DNA from: Actinomycetota bacterium
GTDB lineage: Bacteria; Actinomycetota; Acidimicrobiia; Acidimicrobiales; JAFATL01
Reading direction: 5' to 3'
NCBI GenBank assembly: GCA_041166245.1
Contig: JBEEFQ010000270.1
Coordinates: 1 to 51,418, forward strand
DNA: 51,418 bases
Shown here: positions 1 to 12,142 of the stretch, piece by piece
Numbering within the stretch: position 1 is the first letter of the stretch
Layout of the letters: each line of letters opens with the position of its first letter
The notes under the pieces: generated by a model
What the model saw: only the letters and a program-made list of their open reading frames with translations
Told to the model about the DNA's origin: nothing
Databases searched by the model: none
Made by a program: the position numbers and the translations under genes

Positions 1-1254
1 ACGGCGGTGCTGTTCGTCGACGACGCCTTCGCCCCCGCCGTCGGTGCCATCCGCGAGGGCCACGCCGGGCTGCGCACCGTCGTGCACATGGGCGACGGCC
101 CCACGCCCGATGGGATGCTGGCCTACGAGGACCTCGTCGACGGAGCGACCGCCGCGCCCGACGCCCGCCGCGGCGGCAGCGAGATCGCCGGCCTCTTCTA
201 CACCGGGGGCACCACCGGCTTCCCCAAGGGCGTGATGATCAGCCACGCCAACCTGCTGACGTCTGCCCTCGGCAGCCAGGCCACGTGCCCGATCGTGATT
301 CGCGACGGGCGCTTGTTGCACGCGGCGCCGATGTTCCACTTGGCCGACCTCGCGGCGTGGACGGCGCAGTGCATGATCGGCGGCACCCACGTCATCGTGC
401 CCATGTTCGAGCCCACCGCGGTGCTCGCTGCCATCCAGGACCACCAGGCGACGAACGGCCTGCTCGTGCCGACGATGATCCAGATGCTCGTCGACCACCC
501 CGGCGTCGCCGAGCACGATCTGTCGAGCATGCGCATCATCCTCTACGGCGCCTCGCCCATCACCGAGGCACTGCTCGAGCGGGCCATGAAGACGTTTCCG
601 CGGGCCGACTTCGTCCAGGCCTACGGCATGACGGAGGTTGCACCCGTCGCGACCATCCTGAGCGCGGACGACCACCGCGAGGGTGGGCGCCCCCGGTCGG
701 CGGGCCGAGCCGCGGCCCACGCCGAGGTGCGCATCGTCGACCCCGACGACAGCGAGGTGCCGCGCGGCACTGTCGGCGAAGTCGTCGTCCGCGGCGGCCA
801 CGTGATGCAGGGGTACTGGCGCAAGCCCGAGGAGACGGCCGAAGCGTTGCGGGGCGGCTGGATGCACACCGGCGACGGCGCCTACATGGACGACGAGGGC
901 TACATCTACATCGTCGACCGCATCAAGGACATGATCATCTCGGGCGGCGAGAACGTGTACTCGGCCGAGGTGGAGAACGCGGTGTCCCAGCACCCGGCCG
1001 TCGCCGCCTGCGCGGTGATCGGCGTGCCCGACGCCGAGTGGGGCGAGCGCGTCCACGCCGTCATCGTCCTGCGCCCGGGCGCGAGCGCGACGCCCGAGGA
1101 GATCCGCGAGCACGCCAAAGGGCTCATCGCCGGCTACAAGTCGCCCCGGACGGCGGAGTTCGTGGACGCCCTACCGCTCTCGGGCGCGGGCAAGGTCCTC
1201 AAGCGCGAGCTCCGTGCGCAGTACTGGGAGGAGGGCGACCGTGGCGTCAACTGA
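1..1254 (+). CDS. Long-chain fatty acid--CoA ligase / AMP-binding enzyme (5' truncated by window edge)
   Basis: AMP-binding P-loop [40 protein letters not shown]-terminal GKVLK. Confidence 0.93.
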   Translation, partial: TAVLFVDDAFAPAVGAIREGHAGLRTVVHMGDGPTPDGMLAYEDLVDGATAAPDARRGGSEIAGLFYTGGTTGFPKGVMISHANLLTSALGSQATCPIVIRDGRLLHAAPMFHLADLAAWTAQCMIGGTHVIVPMFEPTAVLAAIQDHQATNGLLVPTMIQMLVDHPGVAEHDLSSMRIILYGASPITEALLERAMKTFPRADFVQAYGMTEVAPVATILSADDHREGGRPRSAGRAAAHAEVRIVDPDDSEVPRGTVGEVVVRGGHVMQGYWRKPEETAEALRGGWMHTGDGAYMDDEGYIYIVDRIKDMIISGGENVYSAEVENAVSQHPAVAACAVIGVPDAEWGERVHAVIVLRPGASATPEEIREHAKGLIAGYKSPRTAEFVDALPLSGAGKVLKRELRAQYWEEGDRGVN

Positions 1255-2734
1255 GGTCGCGACGACGGCCGGACGGGTCCGCGGGGTCGAGAGCGACGGC
1301 GTCACCGTCTTCCGCGGCATCCCCTTCGCGGCGCCGCCCTTCGGCGCGCTGCGCTTTCGGCCGCCCGTGCCGCCGACGCAGTGGGACGGCGTGCGCGACG
1401 CCACGACCTTCGGACTCGGGTGTCCGCAGCGGTCGCTCGACCCGAACGCGCAGCGCAACGACTTCTTCAACCCGGCAGTGACGGGTGAGGACTGCCTCAA
1501 CCTCAACGTGTGGACGCCCGATCGCGGCCGGTCGGGACTTCCGGTCATGGTGTGGATCCACGGCGGGGGCTACATGACCGGTGGGGGGGCGGCACCGGTG
1601 CACGACGGCACGACGTGGGCGCGCGACGGCGTGGTCTACGTCTCCATCAACTACCGCATGCAGATGGAGGGATTCCTGCACCTCGACGGTCACAGCGTGA
1701 ACCTCGGACTCCAGGACCAGGTGGCGGCGCTGCGCTGGGTGCAGGAGAACATCACCGCCTTTGGAGGTGACCCCGGGAACGTCACGATCTTCGGTCAGTC
1801 GGCTGGCGGGGTGAGCGTCATGCACCTCCTGGCCATGCCGTCGGCGCGTGGTCTGTTCGGCCGGGCCATCGCCCAGAGCGGCTCCACGCGCGTGACCGCG
1901 GCGCCCGCCTTCGCCCAGCGTGTCGTGGCCCGCTTGGCCGAGCTCCTCGGAATCCCGGCCACGCGTGACGCGTTCGCGACCGTGGCGCCCGACGACGCGC
2001 TGCCCGCGGTCATCGCCCTCGCCTTCGAGTACATCAGTCCCGTCTACTGGGGGGCGGAGTCGTTCCTCGTCAGCCCGTTCCGTCCCGTCGTCGACGGCGA
2101 GGTGCTGCCTGACCGGGTCGAGGCGTCGGTGCGGGCCGGATCGATCGACGGCGTCGACCTCATGGCCGGGTGCACGCGCGACGAGGCCACGTTCGCGATG
2201 GCCCCGTTCGGTCTGCTCGACAACCTCGAGGAGACATGGGCCTCCCATGCCCTCGCTGCCTTCGGCGTCACCTTCGAGGACCTCGAGGCCGCCTACCGCG
2301 TCAGCCGCCCGGGAGCGGGACGACCCGAGCTCGTCCAGGCGGCGTGGACGGACTGGGCCTTCCGCATGCCCGCCATGGGGCTGCTCGACGCCCACGCGGG
2401 GCGCCCGGGTGCCGACTACGCGTACGAGTTCACCTGGCCCAGCCCGACCCTTACGGAGCTGGGCTCGACCCACGCCCTCGAGATCCCGTTCGTCAACGAC
2501 AGCTTGGCCGCCTTCGCCAAGGCCCACCCCGAGCACGAGAACCCCATCGGCACCGACCCTCCGCAGGCGCTGGCCACGGCCATGCACCGGGCGTGGGTCG
2601 GCTTCGCGACCGGGGGGAACCCGGGCTGGCCCGCCTACGACCCAAGACGGCGCGCGGCCATGCGTTTCGACGTCGAGAGCGGGCTCGTGGACGACTGGGC
2701 CGCGCCCGAGCAGGAGCTGTGGGCGGACAGGTGA
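1241..2734 (+). CDS. Carboxylesterase type B (pNB-esterase-like)
   Basis: [26 protein letters not shown], catalytic [17 protein letters not shown]; GTG start at 1241 overlaps the upstream gene end. Confidence 0.93.
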   Translation: MASTEVATTAGRVRGVESDGVTVFRGIPFAAPPFGALRFRPPVPPTQWDGVRDATTFGLGCPQRSLDPNAQRNDFFNPAVTGEDCLNLNVWTPDRGRSGLPVMVWIHGGGYMTGGGAAPVHDGTTWARDGVVYVSINYRMQMEGFLHLDGHSVNLGLQDQVAALRWVQENITAFGGDPGNVTIFGQSAGGVSVMHLLAMPSARGLFGRAIAQSGSTRVTAAPAFAQRVVARLAELLGIPATRDAFATVAPDDALPAVIALAFEYISPVYWGAESFLVSPFRPVVDGEVLPDRVEASVRAGSIDGVDLMAGCTRDEATFAMAPFGLLDNLEETWASHALAAFGVTFEDLEAAYRVSRPGAGRPELVQAAWTDWAFRMPAMGLLDAHAGRPGADYAYEFTWPSPTLTELGSTHALEIPFVNDSLAAFAKAHPEHENPIGTDPPQALATAMHRAWVGFATGGNPGWPAYDPRRRAAMRFDVESGLVDDWAAPEQELWADR

Positions 2735-2828
2735 GGCGTTGCCGCGGTGCATTGTGCCTGGCGACCACAACCGAGGCTCCAGGCTGTGGCGGGCGCCGAC
2801 AACGCCGACAGGCCGGCGGGCGACACTG

Positions 2829-3335
2829 GTGCCCCTGAACTCTCGCGCCCGCCCCATTGCTCTCGTTCTCGGCCTGCTGGCCGCGTTGCCCGCGTGCGGG
2901 CTGCACGGTCTGTCCTTCGTTCAGGACGACCGGGTCGACATCGTGCGCCCCGACGACAGGGCCAAGGTCGACCTGCCCGTGCGGGTGAGCTGGACGGTGC
3001 AGGACTTCGCGGTGGGTCCGGGTAAGGGCTCGTTCGGCGTGTTCATCGACCGCACGCCCCAACGCTCAGGCAAGACGCTGGCCTGGATCTTCCGCGGCGA
3101 CGCTGCGTGCAAGGGCACCGGTGCGGCGACCTGCAACAGGCTCGAGTTCCTCGCGCAGCGCAACGTGTTCCAGACGACCAGCCGGTCCTTCACCGTCGAG
3201 CAGGTCCCGCGGCTCAGCGGCAATCAATCCGGTCGCCAGTTCCACGAGGTGACCGTGGTGCTGCTCGACGCCGCCGGCCGCCGCTCCGGCGAAGGTGCCT
3301 GGTCCGCGCAGTTCGAGGTCGAGGACGGCACATGA
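2829..3335 (+). CDS. Putative lipoprotein, small beta-rich hypothetical protein (168 aa)
   Basis: Basic N-terminus, hydrophobic stretch, lipobox-like LAALPA-C; Cys pair (CKGTGAATC); GTG start chosen within ORF 1920-3335. Confidence 0.7.
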   Translation: MPLNSRARPIALVLGLLAALPACGLHGLSFVQDDRVDIVRPDDRAKVDLPVRVSWTVQDFAVGPGKGSFGVFIDRTPQRSGKTLAWIFRGDAACKGTGAATCNRLEFLAQRNVFQTTSRSFTVEQVPRLSGNQSGRQFHEVTVVLLDAAGRRSGEGAWSAQFEVEDGT

Positions 3336-3433
3336 CCTCGGCTTGGTTGTTCGCAGCTCCGGCAGTAGCCCGCGGTGGGGTTGGGGAACCCGCCGCACGT
3401 CAGCGAGCGACGCTTGCGAGCGAGCGAGTGTGA
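3332..3433 (+). other. 33-codon mini-ORF with hairpin, overlapping the upstream stop (ATGA) and downstream start (TGATG); MIRU-like element
   Basis: ATG 3332 to TGA 3433 reads MTSAWLFAAPAVARGGVGEPAARQRATLASERV; stem GCGGTGGG(G)TT-GGGG-AACCCGCCGC at 3372-3396; GCGA repeats at the 3' end. Confidence 0.5.
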
Positions 3434-5655
3434 TGGATCACCTCCAAGAGGTGCACGAGGCCGAGGCGCTCGTCGACGAGGTCGAGCACGCCCGAGATGA
3501 GGTTCGCGACGAGGCGCGTCGCGCCCTCGGCGTCACCGGCGAGCACGTCGGCGCCGCGCCTCCTCTTCGCCAGACCATCCGCCAGTACGGGCTCAGCTGG
3601 TACCCGATGGTCGCCCTCAGCGCGCTCGCGATCGTCGACACGTTCCAGGCCTACGCATTCGCGGTGCTCACGCCCGAGATCAGCCGGTCGCTCGGCGTCG
3701 GGAAGGGCGCCATCGCCGGCGTCATCGCCCTGAAGACGCTCGCCCTCGCCGTCGCCCCGCTTCCCATGGCCGCGCTGGCCCAGCGGAGCGCCCGGCGCGC
3801 CGTCCTGTGCGTGGTGACGGCCGTGGCGTGGAGCATCTTCGCCCTGTCGACCGGCTACGTCACCGCCATCTGGGGGCTGGTGTTCGTGCTGGTGGCCGAC
3901 GGCCTGAGCACCGGGAGTGTGGCCGCGCTGCACCCGTCATTGCTGCTCGACTCCTACCCGGCCGAGGCCCGCGTGCGCGCGCTGTCCACCTACCAGATGG
4001 GCGACCGGGTGGGGAACGTGCTCGCGCCCCTCATCGTCGCCGTGCTCGCCACCGCGGTCGGGCTGACGTGGCGCGGCGTGTTCGTGAGCCTGGGGCTGTT
4101 GTCGCTCCTCGGCGCCCTGGCGGCCGTCCGCCTGCGTGACCCGGGGTTCGGCCGGTGGGACACCGAGCGCATCCGGGAGACCGTGCGCCAGCACCACGGC
4201 GAGGGCATGGGCGGCGTCGTCGTCAGCGAGCAGGACGTCTCGCTTCGCTTCTTCGAGATCGTCCGCCGGGTGATGCTCGTCCCGACCGTGCGCCGATTGA
4301 TGGCCGCACTCGCCGTGTTCGGTGTGCTGCTCATCCCCTACCAGACGTTCCTGTTCTTCTTCCTCGAGGAGCGATGGAACCTCGGCCCCGGTCCGCGCGG
4401 CTTGTTCTTCGCGGGCACCGCGGCTGTCTCGATCGTCGCCCTGGCGCTGTTCAGCCGGCGGGGTGAGGCGCGGTTCCGTGAGGACCCCGGCGGTCTGGTG
4501 CGCACGAGTGCCGTGCTCCTCGCCTCGAGCGTCGTCCTGATCTGCCTGGCCGGCCTGTCCCCCTTGTTCTGGGTGATGCTGGCCCTGTTCGCGACTTCGC
4601 AGGCTGTGCTCGCGATCCTGAGCCCGGCCATCTTCGCTGTGCTCTTGTCGGTGGTGCCAGCCCACATGCGCCCGCACACCGCCGCCCTCGGCGGCATCTT
4701 CCTCGGGGGCGTGGGCGGGATCATCGGCGCCCTGTTCCTGAGCGGGATCGACCGCCGCTTCGGCGTCGCCGGCTCGATGGTCTCGCTCCTCGTTCCCGGC
4801 ATCCTCGGCGCTCTCCTCCTGGCCACGACGGGCAAGCTCGTCCCCAAGGACCTCGACCGCATGATCGACGAGGTCATCGAGGACGAGGAGATCCGCCGCA
4901 TCACCTCGTCGGGTGGACACCTGCCCATGCTGGCGTGCCGCAACGTCGACTTCTCCTACGGACAGCTGCAGGTGCTGTTCGACTGCAACTTCACCGTCGA
5001 CGACGGCGAGATGGTGGCACTGCTCGGCGTGAACGGCGCGGGCAAGTCGACGCTGCTCAAGGTCATCTCCGGCATCGGCTTGCCGTCGCGCGGCAGCGTG
5101 CGCTTCCGGGGCACCGAGATCACCTTCCTCGACGCCGAGCGCCGCCTGCGCCTCGGCATCACCCAGATCCCCGGCGGCCGCGCCGTCTTCGGACCCATGA
5201 CGGTGGTCGAGAACCTGCGCGCATTCGGCTACACGCTGGGGCGGGACACCAAGAAGCTCGATGAGGCCATCGATCGCTCCTTCGACGCCTTCCCTCGCCT
5301 GGCCGAGCGGCGCAACCAGGCGGCCAGCACGCTCTCCGGTGGCGAGCAGCAGATGCTCGGCCTCTCCAAGGGCCTGATCCTGCGGCCCCAGCTCCTGCTC
5401 ATCGACGAGCTGTCGCTCGGCTTGGCGCCGGTGATCGTGAGCCAGCTCCTCGAGATGGTGCGCCAGATCAACGCCGACGGCACCGCGGTGGTGCTGGTCG
5501 AGCAGTCGGTCAACATCGCTCTCAACCTCGTCGACCACGCCTACTTCATGGAGAAGGGCGAGATCCGCTTCGACGGCGCGGCACGCGACCTCCTCGACCG
5601 CGACGACCTCCTCCGCGCCGTCTTCCTCGAAGGCGCAGGAGCGCGCAAGACGTGA
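3433..5655 (+). CDS. MFS transporter fused to a C-terminal LivF-type ABC ATPase (740 aa)
   Basis: About 12 hydrophobic segments with MFS-like features (LLDSYPAEARVRA, LTWRGVF), then Walker A GVNGAGKST, signature LSGGEQQML, Walker B LLIDE, LivF-type VEQ. Confidence 0.9.
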   Translation: MDHLQEVHEAEALVDEVEHARDEVRDEARRALGVTGEHVGAAPPLRQTIRQYGLSWYPMVALSALAIVDTFQAYAFAVLTPEISRSLGVGKGAIAGVIALKTLALAVAPLPMAALAQRSARRAVLCVVTAVAWSIFALSTGYVTAIWGLVFVLVADGLSTGSVAALHPSLLLDSYPAEARVRALSTYQMGDRVGNVLAPLIVAVLATAVGLTWRGVFVSLGLLSLLGALAAVRLRDPGFGRWDTERIRETVRQHHGEGMGGVVVSEQDVSLRFFEIVRRVMLVPTVRRLMAALAVFGVLLIPYQTFLFFFLEERWNLGPGPRGLFFAGTAAVSIVALALFSRRGEARFREDPGGLVRTSAVLLASSVVLICLAGLSPLFWVMLALFATSQAVLAILSPAIFAVLLSVVPAHMRPHTAALGGIFLGGVGGIIGALFLSGIDRRFGVAGSMVSLLVPGILGALLLATTGKLVPKDLDRMIDEVIEDEEIRRITSSGGHLPMLACRNVDFSYGQLQVLFDCNFTVDDGEMVALLGVNGAGKSTLLKVISGIGLPSRGSVRFRGTEITFLDAERRLRLGITQIPGGRAVFGPMTVVENLRAFGYTLGRDTKKLDEAIDRSFDAFPRLAERRNQAASTLSGGEQQMLGLSKGLILRPQLLLIDELSLGLAPVIVSQLLEMVRQINADGTAVVLVEQSVNIALNLVDHAYFMEKGEIRFDGAARDLLDRDDLLRAVFLEGAGARKT

Positions 5656-5752
5656 CCGAGGCCCTCCGCCCCCCCTGCGAACTCGGCCGTAAATCCGGCC
5701 GGGTTCCGACCGAATTTACGGCCGAGTTCGGATCAGTGGGAGCGGTGGACGC

Positions 5753-5756
<4 letters not shown>
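5652..5756 (+). other. 34-codon mini-ORF with GTGA overlaps at both ends, carrying the 5678-5730 palindrome
   Basis: GTG 5652 overlaps TGA 5653-5655; reads MTEALRPPCELGRKSGRVPTEFTAEFGSVGAVDA; TGA 5754-5756 overlaps GTG 5753. Confidence 0.5.
5678..5730. repeat. REP-like palindrome
   Basis: Perfect 17-bp inverted repeat CGAACTCGGCCGTAAAT / ATTTACGGCCGAGTTCG with an imperfect inner stem. Confidence 0.9.
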
Positions 5757-8565
<2,809 letters not shown>

Positions 8566-8569
<4 letters not shown>

Positions 8570-8958
8570 GCAGCACCTCTGACCTCGAGATCGACAGCCC
8601 CACCGTCGTCGCCACCGAGGCGGCCGCGCCTCGACGCCGCGTACGGGTGCCCGTGTGGTTGCGGGCCGGCTCGCCCGCCGTGACCTACATCGGCGTCGCC
8701 GTCGCCATCCTCGGCTTCGTGCTCATCCTCGTGGCGTGGGGTCAGGTGGCGGGCGAGACCCAGGTGTACCTGCAGATCCCCTACCTGGTGTCGGCCGGGC
8801 TCGTCGGCGTGGGCCTGGTCATGGTCGGGCTCACCGTCATCAACGTGGCGGCCAAGCAACGCGACGCGGCCGACCGCGACCGGCAGATGGACCAGCTCGT
8901 CAGTATCCTGGACGAGCTCAAGAACACCCTGGCCGAGAAGGGGCCGCGCCGGCGATGA
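8566..8958 (+). CDS. Small two-TM membrane protein (hypothetical)
   Basis: Two hydrophobic helices around LQIPYLVSAG; charged helical tail; ATGA overlap with the upstream gene. Confidence 0.8.
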
Positions 8959-9272
8959 AGACCGGTTCCCGGGTGGCAACGGCTCTGCGCGACCCGTTCG
9001 TCGCATCCGTCGGCATCCTCGTCGTCCTGGCCGTCACCGGGTTGGTCGGCGTGGCCGTGGCATGGAAGGGCGCGGCGGCGACGCTGGTCGTCGCCCTGCA
9101 GCTGCCGTACCTCGTGTCGGGTGCCATCGGCGGGCTGGCCCTGCTCGGCTTCGCTCTCGGCCTCCTCCTCGTGCAGACCAGACGCCGACGCGAGGCCAGG
9201 GAGCGGGCCGAGCTCGATCGTGTGGTGCGGGCCGCCGCCGACCTGCTGGCCGCGGCGCGGGTGACCCGGTGA
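8955..9272 (+). CDS. Small two-TM membrane protein, paralog of the preceding gene (105 aa)
   Basis: ATGA overlap; LQLPYLVSGA motif between two hydrophobic helices; charged tail. Confidence 0.8.
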   Translation: MKTGSRVATALRDPFVASVGILVVLAVTGLVGVAVAWKGAAATLVVALQLPYLVSGAIGGLALLGFALGLLLVQTRRRREARERAELDRVVRAAADLLAAARVTR

Positions 9273-10183
9273 GGCGCCGCCTCGTCTGGCTCGCCGTGCT
9301 CATCGGCCTGGCCGTCGTGCCCGGCGCACCGGCGCGTGCCGAGTCGGCCAGCGCCAGGCCCGAGGTGGAGGCCTGGTACGCCACCCCCGTGACATGCGCC
9401 CTGCCAATCGGTTGCGCGCCGGGCAACGGCCTGCCACCCATCCCGCGCTATCCCGCCGGCACGCTGCACATCGGGGTCAGTGCCGGTTTCGAGGACGCGC
9501 GCAGCTACGTGAAGCTCGGCATCAGCAGCCTCCCGTCAGGAGCCACCGTCACCAGCGCCTCGCTCACCATCCCGGTGGCAGGGGCGGACTCGGGCACCGC
9601 CAGCGCCGAAACCGCGCAGGTCGTCGCCTGCTTCGCCACGTCCACCATCACCGACTCCGAAGGCACCTTCGCGGCGCCGCCCCCCGCTGACTGCTCCACG
9701 ACCGCGGCGGCCACCTACGCCCCTGGCCCGCCCGCAGTGCTCACCGTCGACCTGACGCCGTTCGCGGCGCGGTGGGCCGAGGGCGAAGCGAACAACGGCA
9801 TCGCCCTGCTCCCCGCGGCCGCCCCGGCTCCCGGCACGACGTGGCACGTGGCCTTCGCCAAGGGCACGGCGACGGCGGCATTCCAGTACAGCCTGGCCAG
9901 CACCCCGGACGCGTCGCCCGCGTTCGAGCCCGAGCCCGTGTTCGACGACCGCGGCTCGTTCGTGGGCCTGCCCCTGAGCGGGCCGATCAGCGCCGCGCCG
10001 CGCTCGTCCGCCGCGCCGATCGTGGACGAGGCCGAACGGCCGACCGGCCTGGCACCCGTTCTCAGCGTCGGCGGCCCCGGGTTCGCCTATCCCGTGGTGT
10101 TTGCCCTGCCTCTCCTCCTGCTGGGGCTGGGCGGCTACCTGGGCTGGGCCCTGAACCGTCCCGCCCTCCCACTCAGTCGCTGA
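9269..10183 (+). CDS. Secreted protein with C-terminal membrane anchor (hypothetical, 304 aa)
   Basis: GTGA overlap; signal peptide RRRLVWLAVLIGLAVVPGAPARA-ES; beta-rich domain (DARSYVKL...LPSGATVTSASLTI, NNGIAL); Pro/Ala linker; C-terminal TM. Confidence 0.8.
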   Translation: MRRRLVWLAVLIGLAVVPGAPARAESASARPEVEAWYATPVTCALPIGCAPGNGLPPIPRYPAGTLHIGVSAGFEDARSYVKLGISSLPSGATVTSASLTIPVAGADSGTASAETAQVVACFATSTITDSEGTFAAPPPADCSTTAAATYAPGPPAVLTVDLTPFAARWAEGEANNGIALLPAAAPAPGTTWHVAFAKGTATAAFQYSLASTPDASPAFEPEPVFDDRGSFVGLPLSGPISAAPRSSAAPIVDEAERPTGLAPVLSVGGPGFAYPVVFALPLLLLGLGGYLGWALNRPALPLSR

Positions 10184-10222
10184 CCGAAGGCTGTCGCCGC
10201 CGCCCAGCGCCAGGCAGCGCGG

Positions 10223-10238
10223 TTGGGCGACCGCACAA
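10223..10238. promoter_or_regulatory. Candidate PucR/CdaR-type operator upstream of the GNAT-NSAR operon
   Basis: Imperfect palindrome TTGGGC-GACC-GCACAA; assignment to the PucR family is inference. Confidence 0.35.
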
Positions 10239-10272
10239 CACCTGGGAGCATCGCCATCGCCATGCTGGAGAA

Positions 10273-11028
10273 GTGATCAGGGCCCTGACGGAGATGGACG
10301 AGCTGGTGGCCGCCGCCGACCTGCTCGCTGCCATCTGGGGGTACCCGCCCGACCAGGGCCCGGTGACGCCCGAGCTGCTCCGGGCCCTCGCCCACTCCGG
10401 CAACTACGTGGCGGGCGCGTGGGACGGCGACGCCCTCGTGGGCGCGTCAGCCGCCTTCCTCGGCCGTCACGGCGACGACCTGCATCTGCACTCGCACATC
10501 TCGGGCGTCGAACCGGGTCACCAGGGTGACAACATCGGCTTCGCCATCAAGCAGCACCAGCGGGACTGGGCCCTGGCGCGGGGCATCGCGGTCATCGAGT
10601 GGACCTTCGACCCACTGGTGCGCCGCAACGCCTACTTCAACCTGGCCAAGCTCGGTGCACGCGTCGTCGGGTACCAGGCCCACTTCTACGGGCCCATGCG
10701 CGACGCGGTCAACGCCGGCGACGAGACCGACCGGGCGGTGGTGTCCTGGCGACTCGACGACGCGCCCGCTTCGCCTCCGAGCGATACCGGTGTCGTGGTG
10801 TTGCGCACCGGGGAGGACGGGCGCCCGGTGGTCGACAAGAGCGACGCGCCGGTGCTCAAGGCGTGGGTTCCCGAGGATGCCGTCGCGCTGCGCAAGGACG
10901 ATCCCGAGACCGCACTGGCGTGGCGCGGTGCACTGCGCGACACCATGGGCGCCGCCGTCAGCGACGGGTACGTGGCGACCGGCATGACCCGCGACGGGTG
11001 GTACACGCTGGAACGGAGCGGCTCGTGA
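10273..11028 (+). CDS. GNAT acyltransferase, probable succinyl-CoA:D-amino acid N-succinyltransferase
   Basis: LRALAHSGNYVAGAW, HLHSHISGV, EWTFDPLVRRNAYFNLAKLG; directly upstream of OSBS/NSAR. Start uncertain. Confidence 0.8.
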   Translation: MIRALTEMDELVAAADLLAAIWGYPPDQGPVTPELLRALAHSGNYVAGAWDGDALVGASAAFLGRHGDDLHLHSHISGVEPGHQGDNIGFAIKQHQRDWALARGIAVIEWTFDPLVRRNAYFNLAKLGARVVGYQAHFYGPMRDAVNAGDETDRAVVSWRLDDAPASPPSDTGVVVLRTGEDGRPVVDKSDAPVLKAWVPEDAVALRKDDPETALAWRGALRDTMGAAVSDGYVATGMTRDGWYTLERSGS

Positions 11029-12134
11029 AGCTGACCGGCGTCGAGCTACGCCGCATCGCCATCCCGCTGGTGTCGCCGTTCCGCACGTCGTTCGGTACGC
11101 AGACCGCACGCGAGGTGCTCCTCGTGCGCGCCATCACTCCTGACGGCGAGGGGTGGGGCGAGTGCGTGGCCATGGAGGAGCCTCTCTACTCCTCGGAGTA
11201 CGTGGACGAAGCCGAGGCGGTCATCCGCAGCCACCTTCTGCCGCGGCTCTTCGCCCTCCCCGACGTGACTGCGACGGCAGTGACGCCTGCCCTGGCCGCG
11301 GTCAAGGGCCATCCGATGGCCAAGGCGGCGCTGGAGACGGCGGTGCTCGATGCCGAGCTGCGTGCTGCTGGCGTCCGCCTGGCCGACCACCTCGGTGCCG
11401 TGCGCGAGGCGGTCGACGCGGGCGTGTCCGTCGGGATCATGGACTCGATCCCTGCCCTGCTCGACGCGGTCGCCGGCTACATCGACGAGGGCTACAGGCG
11501 CATCAAGCTCAAGATCGAGCCGGGGTGGGACACCGAGCCGGTACGCGCGGTGCGGGAGCGCTTCGGCGACGACCTGTTGCTGCAGACCGACGCCAACACC
11601 GCCTACACGCTGGCCGACGCCCCGCAGCTCGCCAAGCTCGACCCGTTCGGCCTGCTGCTCATCGAACAGCCCCTCGACGAGGAGGACATCCTCGGTCACG
11701 CCAAGCTGGCCCAGCTCATCCGCACGCCGGTCTGCCTCGACGAGTCGATCACCTCGGCCCGCATCGCCGCTGCTGCCATCGAGCTCGGGGCGTGCGCCAT
11801 CGTGAACATCAAGCCCGGCCGGGTGGGCGGTTACCTGGAGGCGCGCCGCATCCACGACGTGTGCGCGGCGCACGGCATCCCGGTGTGGTGCGGGGGCATG
11901 CTCGAGACGGGTATCGGCCGGGCCGCCAACGTGGCCCTCGCCGCCCTCCCCAACTTCACGCTCCCCGGAGACACCTCGGGTTCGAGCCGCTACTTCGCCA
12001 CCGACGTCACCGCCCCGTTCGTCCTCGAGGACGGCCGGCTGCGTGTCCCCACCGCGCCCGGCATCGGTGTCGACCCCATCCCCGACATCCTCGAGTCGTT
12101 CACGACGGCGACCGAGGTCATCACGCCCGCATAG
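11025..12134 (+). CDS. menC: o-Succinylbenzoate synthase / N-succinylamino acid racemase (enolase superfamily)
   Basis: PFRTSFG, GWGEC, KLKI, DANTAY, IEQP, CLDESI, NIKPGRVGG, WCGGMLETG, LPGDTS; context favours an NSAR role. Confidence 0.9.
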   Translation: MKLTGVELRRIAIPLVSPFRTSFGTQTAREVLLVRAITPDGEGWGECVAMEEPLYSSEYVDEAEAVIRSHLLPRLFALPDVTATAVTPALAAVKGHPMAKAALETAVLDAELRAAGVRLADHLGAVREAVDAGVSVGIMDSIPALLDAVAGYIDEGYRRIKLKIEPGWDTEPVRAVRERFGDDLLLQTDANTAYTLADAPQLAKLDPFGLLLIEQPLDEEDILGHAKLAQLIRTPVCLDESITSARIAAAAIELGACAIVNIKPGRVGGYLEARRIHDVCAAHGIPVWCGGMLETGIGRAANVALAALPNFTLPGDTSGSSRYFATDVTAPFVLEDGRLRVPTAPGIGVDPIPDILESFTTATEVITPA

Positions 12135-12142
12135 GAGGACTG

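Noticed and set aside
10262-10276. Four-codon ORF MLEK overlapping the GNAT start by GTGA
   Set aside because: Too short to distinguish from chance.
11025-12134. Menaquinone biosynthesis locus
   Set aside because: No other men genes; GNAT coupling points to racemase function.
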